A DNA stretch of 64,000 nucleotides from an uncultured virus (IMG/VR IMGVR_UViG_3300016464_000385) (taxonomy: Duplodnaviria; Heunggongvirae; Uroviricota; Caudoviricetes), in the IMG/VR virus record IMGVR_UViG_3300016464_000385; one strand, 5' to 3'. Made by a program: the position numbers and the translations under genes. Below, piece after piece: positions 19,007 to 27,768 of the stretch; position 1 is the stretch's first letter; the number at the start of each line of letters is the position of its first letter. The notes under the pieces were generated by a model, which searched no databases, had not been told where the DNA came from, and was given only the letters and a program-made list of their open reading frames with translations.

Positions 19007-19861
19007 ATGATTGTAGTTACTGGGGCGAGCGGGTTTATAGGTTCAAATTTAATTTTAGAACTTGTCAAAAAAGGAGAAACCGATATCCTTGCGGTGGATT
19101 TTGTGTATAGAAATTATTTTGAAGGTTTACCTGTAATATTTTCTTATGCCGATTATTTTTATGAAAATATTGAAAGTTACAAAGAAAATATATCTATGAT
19201 ATTTCACGAAGGGGCAATATCATCAACTACAGAGACTGATTGGAAAAAATTATTTAATAAAAATGTAAATTGTTCATGGGATTTAATATATTATTGCAGA
19301 ACTAATAATATACCATTACAATATGCATCATCAGCTTCTGTTTATGGGAATCCTTCTATAGATGAATGGAGCAATCCTAATAAAAAACTTAATCCATTAA
19401 ATTTATATGCAAAATCAAAACAACAAATTGATTATGTTGCTGATTTAGTTATGAAATCTAAAAGACCACCGAAACTATTACAAGGATTGAGATATTTTAA
19501 TGTATATGGACCAAATGAAGATCATAAAAAAGATCAATCTAGTCCATATCATAAGTTTACAAATCAATTAAATGAATATGGAAAAATAAAATTATTTGAA
19601 GGTTCTAAAGAATATTATAGAGATTTTATTTCAGTAGAAGAAGTTATTAATAAAAAATTAAAACTAATAAAGGAAAATGGTTCTGGGATATATGATGTTG
19701 GTACTGGAAAACCGAAATCTTTTTATGATGTTGCTGTTGATGTTTGTATAAAAAATGGCATAGAAAATCCAGAACAATATATTCAATGGATTCCTATGCC
19801 AGAAAATTTAAAAGAACATTATCAGAAATATTCTTGTGCTATTTTAGATTATATTAAATAG
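19007..19861 (+). CDS. hldD: ADP-L-glycero-D-manno-heptose 6-epimerase (extended SDR)
   Basis: 'MIVVTGASGFIGSNL', 'IFHEGAISSTTE', 'YASSASVYG', 'PLNLYAKSK' (YxxxK), 'GLRYFNVYGPNEDHK', 'RDFI'. Confidence 0.88.
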   Translation: MIVVTGASGFIGSNLILELVKKGETDILAVDFVYRNYFEGLPVIFSYADYFYENIESYKENISMIFHEGAISSTTETDWKKLFNKNVNCSWDLIYYCRTNNIPLQYASSASVYGNPSIDEWSNPNKKLNPLNLYAKSKQQIDYVADLVMKSKRPPKLLQGLRYFNVYGPNEDHKKDQSSPYHKFTNQLNEYGKIKLFEGSKEYYRDFISVEEVINKKLKLIKENGSGIYDVGTGKPKSFYDVAVDVCIKNGIENPEQYIQWIPMPENLKEHYQKYSCAILDYIK

Positions 19862-21271
19862 AGATTTATTTAATTTTTTTAACGGTTCTTTCCAAGTTCT
19901 CGGAGTTTCTTGTCTGAATAATTTAACATTATCTCCATACCAAGGTGATTGTTCCATAGAATGAGACCAAACGTAGTACGCGGAGATAGGTACGAAAATA
20001 CAAGTCTTTTTACCCATAGCAGCAGAAGCATGTGCAACAGAAGTACAACTTGTAATAACAAGATCTAAATTTTCTATTACAGCTAATGTATCTTCCCATG
20101 AATTTAATTGATCTCCAAGATCAATAAGTCCAGGAAAATCTTCTAATTCTTCTAAACCATTATCTTTTTGCAATGAATAGAAATCTGCGTCTAAATGTTT
20201 TAAAGATTCATAAAACCCCTTTAAATCTACCGATCTATGTAAATCGTTGTCGTAGAACGGATTACCTTGCCATCTAATACCAATCTTTAATTTAGGGCTA
20301 TTTTTTATATAACTCCATTTCTCTATATAATTTTTATCTGCTGTTATGTAAGGGCCATACCACAAATCTTTATATTCTAGGTTTAGATCTATTGGTAAAT
20401 GCATAGATTGAGTATAATAAACGTCTGTATCTGAAACTTCAGATAGTTTTCGTATTACATTAAACCCTTGCCTCTCGAACACTTTTAGTATATCAGATCT
20501 TTCTGGATAAGAATTATACCAATAAGGAATCATTCCTAAATCCGTAAGTCGCTTAATAAATCTGAAATTAATTATTTCATCGCCTATACCCGCTTCAGCA
20601 TGAACTATAATGGCCGCACCAGGTCTAGGAATTCCGTCCCATTTTTTAAATGATTGAGCTTTTAATTTATTATTGAAAGTTTCTAGATTTAAATTATTAT
20701 TCCTAGCAAAAATAGATTCAGTATTCCAAACTTTCATCTTAGCGCCTTCTTCCAAGAATAACCTTAATCCTTTTTGAAATTCGTCTTTGTAGAGGTAATA
20801 CGTCCCAAGATTAAACTTAACTTTGGTCCTAACTTCCTCTGATAATTCGAAATTTGATAATAGATTTTGTAGAATTTCTTCCGCTTCATCCCTTCTGGTT
20901 AATAGATAATATGAATATGCTTTAGCCAATAAATTATCTACATTATTTGGAATAACGTGTTCATTTTGTTCAATATATTTTAATGCGATTTCTGGGTAAT
21001 TTGCATGTTGGTATACGTTGATTAAATTTTCTCTGGCATAATACAGACGTTGACTATCTGGAGCCAAAATTAAAGTTTTTAATCCATATTCTATAGCGGA
21101 ACTATATTCTTTTAATTTGAAGAAACATTTTGCTATATTATCATATTCAGCATATGATCTTGAAATTTTCGCAAAAGTCTCAAGAATTTCAATTGCAAGG
21201 TCTTTTTTCTTTAGTCTTTCAAGAGTTAAAATTATTGGTTCTAAATCAGAAATTCCAATTTTAGTTGCCAT
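19844..21271 (-). CDS. TPR-repeat protein fused to a GT-B glycosyltransferase (GT9/heptosyltransferase-like)
   Basis: N-terminal helical TPR-like repeats; 'EAGIGDEIINFRF', 'KIGIRWQGNP', 'FYSLQK', 'DTLAVIENLDLVITSCTSVAHASAAMGK', 'SPWY'. Confidence 0.8.
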   Translation of the reverse strand: MATKIGISDLEPIILTLERLKKKDLAIEILETFAKISRSYAEYDNIAKCFFKLKEYSSAIEYGLKTLILAPDSQRLYYARENLINVYQHANYPEIALKYIEQNEHVIPNNVDNLLAKAYSYYLLTRRDEAEEILQNLLSNFELSEEVRTKVKFNLGTYYLYKDEFQKGLRLFLEEGAKMKVWNTESIFARNNNLNLETFNNKLKAQSFKKWDGIPRPGAAIIVHAEAGIGDEIINFRFIKRLTDLGMIPYWYNSYPERSDILKVFERQGFNVIRKLSEVSDTDVYYTQSMHLPIDLNLEYKDLWYGPYITADKNYIEKWSYIKNSPKLKIGIRWQGNPFYDNDLHRSVDLKGFYESLKHLDADFYSLQKDNGLEELEDFPGLIDLGDQLNSWEDTLAVIENLDLVITSCTSVAHASAAMGKKTCIFVPISAYYVWSHSMEQSPWYGDNVKLFRQETPRTWKEPLKKLNKSLFNII

Positions 21272-21812
21272 CTTTCACCACAACTAATTTGATTTTAGTA
21301 TCACTATAAACGTTATTAAAGCGTTCTGAAATTTCTTGAATTTCCTCAAATCTTCCTTGTTCTACCAGAGGAAGATATCTATTTTCTATAATATAATCAA
21401 ATTCTAATACTTCAAAATCAACGTCTAACATTAAACCGAATCCAGAAGCTGAACCATATGTATCAATATGCCAACGGTTATATTTTTTACTAAATTTCTT
21501 AAACATTTCAACTGTTATTGGTCTAACGTGAGTAGGATCTCCGTAATAGTTTTCGTGTCTATGGTGAGGAACTTCAATATCAATAATAGCTCCGTCTTTA
21601 CATACTCTATAAATTTCTTGCATCAGAGGCAAGAATCCATCTCCAATATGTTCTAGAATATGATGAGCTTTAATTTCTTCTACTGAATTATCTTCGAATG
21701 GCAATTTATCTTTATTTAAATTTACTAAGAAATCCGGATTAGTTAATGTATCAGAATCCACATTCAAAAATCCATCAAAGCGTTTCAATCCACCGCCAAT
21801 ATTAATTTTCAT
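21261..21812 (-). CDS. Class I SAM-dependent methyltransferase
   Basis: 'KINIGGG', 'LPFEDNSVEEI.AHHILEH', 'EIYRVCKDG', 'DPTH'. Confidence 0.85.
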   Translation of the reverse strand: MKINIGGGLKRFDGFLNVDSDTLTNPDFLVNLNKDKLPFEDNSVEEIKAHHILEHIGDGFLPLMQEIYRVCKDGAIIDIEVPHHRHENYYGDPTHVRPITVEMFKKFSKKYNRWHIDTYGSASGFGLMLDVDFEVLEFDYIIENRYLPLVEQGRFEEIQEISERFNNVYSDTKIKLVVVKDGN

Positions 21813-22170
21813 TTTTATCACCTTGTATTATATAATATGTATTGTTTTCTTTGACCCAATCGTTAATAAAATCTATAATAGTTTGTTCTATATCATTTTT
21901 CATTTTAATAACTTTTAGAAATTGTTTTTTATTTAAGTCAATTTCAACTGATATAAGAACGTTACTTTCAGTAGGTTTCATACAATCTGGAAATAAACCT
22001 TGACTCCATGCACATTGATATTTAGAACAAGTTTCAGGTCTTGTATTATATATTGAACATTTTTTGTTACATAAAAATATGCAAGGTATTCCATTACCAA
22101 ATTTATTTCCATAAGAATTTGAAATCAGCCATCCATCACAACAAGCTGTACATTCTCCGCATTCTTTCAT
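21802..22170 (-). CDS. CxxCxxCC Zn/Fe-S cluster protein (YkgJ-like)
   Basis: 'CGECTACC', 'C.FL...CSIY..RPETC..YQC.W'. Confidence 0.8.
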   Translation of the reverse strand: MKECGECTACCDGWLISNSYGNKFGNGIPCIFLCNKKCSIYNTRPETCSKYQCAWSQGLFPDCMKPTESNVLISVEIDLNKKQFLKVIKMKNDIEQTIIDFINDWVKENNTYYIIQGDKNEN

Positions 22171-22950
22171 TTAATAACGCCAAACTTCTAGGTCTTTGAA
22201 TTTATGTTGAATGTCTGGGGGTAATATCATTTGACGTTCTATCCACTTAACTTCTTTTCTAGTAGTATGTAAACCTTTTACATTAACATCTGCATCAAAT
22301 TCATCATATGATGATTCTACATTATTAAAATCATGTTGATAATATGGTTGATCTATGAAATTATAAATGGCTTTCATCATACCTTCTGGATTTTTACATA
22401 GTTGCTCATATTCAACTAGCATAATCATGTTCTTTTCTGCTGAAGTTATGGCTTGTTTTAGAGATAGATATGCGAATCCAACTGTAGAATCTTCTCTCAT
22501 AAGATAATCGCATCTAGAATAAACTGTAGAAGAATATTCATCAGGAATCATGAGGGATTTGTCATATGGATTTTTTCTATATAGATTTTCGAAGGAATCA
22601 AGAACCCAATTTAAATCTCTTACGCACATAATAAGTTTTGTATAAGGATAAAGATCTTTTATAAATGGAGTTAATAATCCCCAACCTCTATTAGTATCGA
22701 AGAATACTTCTTTATTTGGATTATCGTAATAATTATCAAAGATACCTTCAATGATTTTTTTACGTTTTTCTGGAGGGCATTGATGTCTATATCCAGACAT
22801 AGCTGAAGATTGTTCAATTATAGCTCTAGTAAATCTGGCTAGAGGACCAGAAATAGATGCTTGAAATTTAGGGTTTTGATTTAGAATTGTAGAAAGAAGG
22901 GTTGTTCCCGAACGAGGCAACCCTGAAATAAAATAGTATTTTTTGTTCAT
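22171..22950 (-). CDS. PAPS-dependent sulfotransferase family protein
   Basis: 5'-PSB loop 'ISGLPRSGTTLLSTILNQNP', 'CVRD...VLDS', 'VEYEQL...P'. Confidence 0.88.
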   Translation of the reverse strand: MNKKYYFISGLPRSGTTLLSTILNQNPKFQASISGPLARFTRAIIEQSSAMSGYRHQCPPEKRKKIIEGIFDNYYDNPNKEVFFDTNRGWGLLTPFIKDLYPYTKLIMCVRDLNWVLDSFENLYRKNPYDKSLMIPDEYSSTVYSRCDYLMREDSTVGFAYLSLKQAITSAEKNMIMLVEYEQLCKNPEGMMKAIYNFIDQPYYQHDFNNVESSYDEFDADVNVKGLHTTRKEVKWIERQMILPPDIQHKFKDLEVWRY

Positions 22951-22980
22951 ATAAAATTTCCATGATAAAATTCACAAAAG

Positions 22981-22988
22981 TATTTATA
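22981..22988 (-). promoter_or_regulatory. Late promoter TATAAATA for the sulfotransferase-CxxCxxCC-methyltransferase-GT operon
   Basis: Exact match in the 43-nt spacer, 31 nt upstream of the sulfotransferase ATG. Confidence 0.75.
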
Positions 22989-22993
22989 TCGAA

Positions 22994-24145
22994 TTACATA
23001 TCATCTTTTACTGCAGACATATGCAAATTTCCTATGGAAACTTGTTTCCAATTAGTACCAAGAGCTATAGTTTGTACAGGAGAACTTTTTTTTGTTACTG
23101 AGTTATCTCCTAATTGACCATAAAGATTATTTCCCCAAGTCCATAGAGTACCATCAGTCTTTATTGCTGAAGTAGAAGCAGAACCGGCATCTACTTGTTT
23201 CCAATTATTCCCAAGAGAAACTGTTTGAATAGGAGAACTTTTCATAGTTACTGAGTTATCTCCTAATTGGCCTTCGATGTTATATCCCCAAAGCCATAGA
23301 GTACCGTCTGTCTTTATCGCTGCTGTGTGATCTTTTCCAGCATCTACTTGTTTCCAATTAGTTCCTCCTGATATAGTTTGAACTGGAGAACTCCTATTTG
23401 TTACTGAATTATCTCCTAATCTACCAATATTATTATTTCCCCAAGTCCATAGAGTACCATCAGTCTTTATTGCTGAAGTATGATATCCACAAGAAACCTG
23501 CTTCCAATTAGTTCCTCCTGATATAGTTTGAACTGGAGAACTTCTATCAGTTATTGTATTATCTCCTAATTGACCATAAGTATTTTCTCCCCAAAGCCAT
23601 AAAGTCCCATCGGTCTTTATTGCTGCTGCATGATACCCGCAAGAAACTTGTTTCCAATTATTTCCTCCTGATACTGTTTGAACTGGAGAACTTCTATCAG
23701 TTATTGTATTATCTCCTAATTGACCTTTATTATTTCTACCCCAAGTCCATAAAGTGCCATCGGTTTTTATGGCTGCCGAATAAAATCTTCCCAAAGAAAC
23801 TTGTTTCCAATTATTTCCTCCTGATACTGTTTGAACTGGAGAACTTTTATTTGCTATTGTATTACCCCCTAATAGTCCATAGCTATCTCTACCCCAAAGC
23901 CATAGAGTTCCATCAGTCTTTATTGCTGCTGTGTGTCCATCTTCTGAAACAGAAACTTGTTTCCAATTAGATCCCCAAGCTATCGTTTGAACGGGAGAAC
24001 TTTTTGATGCTGTTGAATTATCTCCCAATTGACCGTAGTTATCTCTACCCCAATTCCACAAACCGCCTTCAGAGAAAATCTCTCTTGATACTAACAAATC
24101 TCCAAGATCAGAACCATCTGAAACCGTAAATCCTATCTTAGCCAT
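22994..24145 (-). CDS. RCC1/BLIP-II repeat beta-propeller protein
   Basis: About 7 blades of 'WKQV..G..H.AAIKTDGTLW.WG.N..GQLGDN.....SSPVQT'. Confidence 0.92.
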   Translation of the reverse strand: MAKIGFTVSDGSDLGDLLVSREIFSEGGLWNWGRDNYGQLGDNSTASKSSPVQTIAWGSNWKQVSVSEDGHTAAIKTDGTLWLWGRDSYGLLGGNTIANKSSPVQTVSGGNNWKQVSLGRFYSAAIKTDGTLWTWGRNNKGQLGDNTITDRSSPVQTVSGGNNWKQVSCGYHAAAIKTDGTLWLWGENTYGQLGDNTITDRSSPVQTISGGTNWKQVSCGYHTSAIKTDGTLWTWGNNNIGRLGDNSVTNRSSPVQTISGGTNWKQVDAGKDHTAAIKTDGTLWLWGYNIEGQLGDNSVTMKSSPIQTVSLGNNWKQVDAGSASTSAIKTDGTLWTWGNNLYGQLGDNSVTKKSSPVQTIALGTNWKQVSIGNLHMSAVKDDM

Positions 24146-24635
24146 TATCCTTTCCTATTAATCTGTATATTTGTACCAAACGTTGATGAGTTAAACTATG
24201 AAATAACCAAGGTCTAAAAATGATTCCTTGATTTGGTTCTAATAATATATTAGTATGAATATCCCAATCAAATAAATTATTATAATCAAATCTATATTCA
24301 TCTAATGCAGTTTTTGCTCCGCTTAAATGATGATATAAATTAAATGTAGTAGGCTCTAATGCTAAAATAAAAATCCATTCTTTCATAGAATCAAATCCCT
24401 CGAAATGTATTCTTAGATTTGGTTTTCTGAATATACCTGAATTTTCTTCATCAACGGATACTTCTTCTCCAACAAATTTAGAAAATACCGGATCTAACCC
24501 TGGTATTACTAGATTAAATTGATCTATTTCAAAGCCGTGTTCTTTTTCTATATATTGTAAATTATTTGTACAATTAAATATATACTCAACTTCAGATTGT
24601 TTATAGAAATTATCAGCTTGAAGAAGTTTTATCAA
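24138..24635 (-). CDS. Probable 2OG-Fe(II) oxygenase-fold protein
   Basis: 'DNFY' start, 'IHFE' (HxE) and distal 'FRPWLFHS...RLVQ' consistent with a facial triad; tentative. Confidence 0.5.
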   Translation of the reverse strand: MIKLLQADNFYKQSEVEYIFNCTNNLQYIEKEHGFEIDQFNLVIPGLDPVFSKFVGEEVSVDEENSGIFRKPNLRIHFEGFDSMKEWIFILALEPTTFNLYHHLSGAKTALDEYRFDYNNLFDWDIHTNILLEPNQGIIFRPWLFHSLTHQRLVQIYRLIGKDNG

Positions 24636-25867
24636 AAATCATCTCCCATTTCTTGGATCGCTGTTATATGATATCCTGATAAAATTGAGCTAGAAACTTG
24701 TTTCCAATTATTTCCCCCAGATACTGTTTGTACAGGAGAACTTTTGCCTGTTATTGTATTATCTCCTAATTGACCTTTACTATTATCTCCCCAACTCCAT
24801 AGAGTACCATCAGTTTTAATAGAAGAAATATTTAAATATCCTGTTGCAACTTGTTTCCAATTAGTTCCAAATGTTATTGTTTGTATAGGGGATTTTTTAG
24901 AAGTTCTTGTATTATCTCCTAATTGACCATAAAGATTATCGCCCCAAGTCCATAAAGTACCGTCTGTTTTTATCGCTGCCGTGTGTGATCCTCCGGCAGA
25001 AACTTGTTTCCAATTAGTCCCGCCAGATATTGTTTGTATAGGAGAACTTTTATTATTGGCCGAACCCGATGTATCATCCCCTAATTGACCGTAAAAATTT
25101 GACCCCCAAAGCCATAAGGTTCCGTCTGTTTTAATAGCAGCTGTATGATCTCTTCCTGCGGAAACCTGCTTCCAATTAGTTCCGCCCGATATGGTTTGAA
25201 CAGGAGAACTCTTGCTATTAGCTGAATTATCTCCTAATTGACCATTAACGTTGTACCCCCAAAGCCATAGAGTTCCATCGGTCTTTATTGCCGCAGTGTG
25301 ATATCCGCAAGAAACTTGTTTCCAATTATTCCCTCCAGTTATTGTTTGAACCGGAGAACTTCTACTAGTTATTGTATTATCCCCTAATTGACCGAATTGA
25401 TTATTACCCCAAGTCCATAAAGTGCCGTCTGATTTAATAGCTGAACTATAAGAAAATCCTGCAGAAACCTGTTTCCAATCATTTCCACCGGATATTGTTT
25501 GTACAGGAGAACTTTTTCCTACTGTTGTATTATCTCCAATAGATGCACCTACTCCCCAACTCCATAGAGTACCGTCTGTTTTTATTGCCGCTGTATGATC
25601 TTTTCCTGCAGAAACCTGTTTCCAATTAGATCCCCAAGCTATGGTTTGAATCATGGAACTTCGGTTTGTTCTTGTATTATCTCCTAATTGACCGTTATTA
25701 TTGTAACCGCAAGACCATAAACCAGCAAATTGTATATTACCCAATCCAGTTAAATATGGATAAACATCAATTAAATATTCTTTAGTGACAAATTTCACCC
25801 CAAGGTCTACGTTATTTTCTGCAGAACTTTCTCTAAAATTGCTGATAAATTGATTATTAGCTGCCAT
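24632..25867 (-). CDS. RCC1/BLIP-II repeat beta-propeller protein
   Basis: Same repeat unit of about 51-55 aa, about 7 blades, with a distinct N-terminal leader. Confidence 0.92.
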   Translation of the reverse strand: MAANNQFISNFRESSAENNVDLGVKFVTKEYLIDVYPYLTGLGNIQFAGLWSCGYNNNGQLGDNTRTNRSSMIQTIAWGSNWKQVSAGKDHTAAIKTDGTLWSWGVGASIGDNTTVGKSSPVQTISGGNDWKQVSAGFSYSSAIKSDGTLWTWGNNQFGQLGDNTITSRSSPVQTITGGNNWKQVSCGYHTAAIKTDGTLWLWGYNVNGQLGDNSANSKSSPVQTISGGTNWKQVSAGRDHTAAIKTDGTLWLWGSNFYGQLGDDTSGSANNKSSPIQTISGGTNWKQVSAGGSHTAAIKTDGTLWTWGDNLYGQLGDNTRTSKKSPIQTITFGTNWKQVATGYLNISSIKTDGTLWSWGDNSKGQLGDNTITGKSSPVQTVSGGNNWKQVSSSILSGYHITAIQEMGDDF

Positions 25868-25879
25868 TTTTTATCTCAG

Positions 25880-26563
25880 TTAGATTAGTTCTGGGGCAGT
25901 TGGTTCCCATATAGGATTATCGGATATTAATTTAACAGCATCTAATTGTTTTAATGTTTTTTTTGAATCAATTTCTTGATATTTACTAGCTTCCCAATCA
26001 AATGCTGCTTGTATGTGATTAGTTACAGCCTGAACAATCAACCCCAAATCCGAATTAGATAAAGATAAAAACTCAGAACCAAATTTCCAATTTATATTAT
26101 CTTTCCCTAATTGATATGCTTGTAGATATAAAGCTCTATCTTCTCTAGTCGTTAATAGATACACTTCTTTATTTTGAATTGTAGCGGTAACTCCCATAAC
26201 TTCATATTTATAACGATTAGCTGCTATTATTGGTTTCAATTCGGATTTTACTGTATCTATAGATTTATCTTGTACGTTATGATACATCTCCGCGTATGTA
26301 TCGAAGAAATTATAATATGGACCGATAATATTTTGAGTTTTTTGATTAAATTCTGAAGTCAGTCCTAAATCCCTTACTGGAATAATTTTAACTTTATCAG
26401 AAACTATTATAACTTCTCCTGTATCGTTTGATAAAGGAACTTTAAAATTTATTTCTAGATCATCTCTTAAACAACTTTGAAAGAAGTTGGGCCTCCAATT
26501 CATAGGACCGAGATGAACTAAATTTGTACCATCTTCTAATTTTTCTACTATTAAATATGCCAT
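25880..26563 (-). CDS. Tail-fibre-associated protein (DUF4376-like C-terminus); start re-called to MAYLIVEK
   Basis: 'AANRYKYEVMG', 'TTREDR', 'INWKF', 'HIQAAFDWE...ID' pattern; ATG lies 2 nt after the upstream stop. Confidence 0.6.
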   Translation of the reverse strand: MAYLIVEKLEDGTNLVHLGPMNWRPNFFQSCLRDDLEINFKVPLSNDTGEVIIVSDKVKIIPVRDLGLTSEFNQKTQNIIGPYYNFFDTYAEMYHNVQDKSIDTVKSELKPIIAANRYKYEVMGVTATIQNKEVYLLTTREDRALYLQAYQLGKDNINWKFGSEFLSLSNSDLGLIVQAVTNHIQAAFDWEASKYQEIDSKKTLKQLDAVKLISDNPIWEPTAPELI

Positions 26564-26565
26564 TT

Positions 26566-27768
26566 TTATAATACCTGTCCTATGTCTGAATATTGAACTG
26601 CTGCTGTATGTAATAATCCGCAATCAACTTGTTTCCAATTAGATCCATTAGATATAGTTTGGACTGGAGAACTCCTATTTACTAATGAGTTGTCGCCTAA
26701 TTGACCATTGCCATTTTGACCCCAACCCCATAGAGTTCCATCAGTCTTTATCGCTACCGTATGAAAAAATGCTGAAGAAACTTGTTTCCAATTAGATCCT
26801 CCTGATATAGTTTGTATCGGAGAACTTTTGCTTGCTATTGTATTATCTCCTAATTGACCAAATGAATTATTTCCCCAAAGCCATAGTGTACCGTCTGTTT
26901 TTATAGCTGCCGTATAATTATTTAGACCTCTGCCACAAGAAACTTGTTTCCATGTAGTTCCTCCTGTTATTGTTTGTATAGGAGAACTTTTGCTTGCTAT
27001 TGTATTATCTCCTAATTGTCCTAAATTATTTCTTCCCCAAAGCCATAGAGTTCCATCAGTCTTTATCGCTGCTGTATGACCTCCTCCGGCAGAAACTTGT
27101 TTCCAATTAGACCCTCCTGTTATAGTTTGTATAGGAGAACTCTTATTATTAGCTGAACCCGATTTATTATCCCCTAATTGACCGTCTCCATTAAGTCCCC
27201 ATGTCCATAGAGTCCCATCAGTCTTTATTGCTGCTGTATGATAATATCCGCAAGCTGCTTGTTTCCAATCAGTCGCAAAAGTGATTGTTTGTACAGGGGA
27301 ACTTTTATGTGCTGTTGTATTATCTCCTAATTGTCCGTAAGTATTATCTCCCCAAAGCCATAGAGTTCCATCATTCTTTATCGCTGATACGTGACGATCA
27401 TTGGGAAAAACTTGTTTCCAATTAGTCCCTCCTGATATTGTTTGTATAGGAGAACTTTTATTATTGGCCGAACCCGATGTATTATTTCCCAATACACCGT
27501 TTGTATTTTTACCCCAAGTCCACAAAGTACCATCAGTTTTTATCGCTGCCGTACTATAATATCCGCAAGCGACTTGTTTCCATGTAGTTCCTCTTGTTAT
27601 AGTTTGTACAGGAGAACTTTTTCTAGTTTGTGTATTATCTCCTAATTGTCCATCAGAATTATAACCGCAAGACCATAGACCTCCTGTAGCATACCTATCA
27701 ATAAGGTCTGTGGTTGTCATGAAATATTTGTCGAAATCGCCGGTTATGGGCGAGTTAAAACCAGACAT
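26566..27768 (-). CDS. RCC1/BLIP-II repeat beta-propeller protein
   Basis: Same repeat unit; start overlaps the tail fibre stop (TAATG). Confidence 0.92.
   Translation of the reverse strand: MSGFNSPITGDFDKYFMTTTDLIDRYATGGLWSCGYNSDGQLGDNTQTRKSSPVQTITRGTTWKQVACGYYSTAAIKTDGTLWTWGKNTNGVLGNNTSGSANNKSSPIQTISGGTNWKQVFPNDRHVSAIKNDGTLWLWGDNTYGQLGDNTTAHKSSPVQTITFATDWKQAACGYYHTAAIKTDGTLWTWGLNGDGQLGDNKSGSANNKSSPIQTITGGSNWKQVSAGGGHTAAIKTDGTLWLWGRNNLGQLGDNTIASKSSPIQTITGGTTWKQVSCGRGLNNYTAAIKTDGTLWLWGNNSFGQLGDNTIASKSSPIQTISGGSNWKQVSSAFFHTVAIKTDGTLWGWGQNGNGQLGDNSLVNRSSPVQTISNGSNWKQVDCGLLHTAAVQYSDIGQVL

Noticed and set aside
22994..27768. Possible diversity-generating retroelement behind RCC1 variation
   Set aside because: No reverse transcriptase in the window, all copies are coding, and differences are not visibly adenine-specific; an RT elsewhere cannot be excluded
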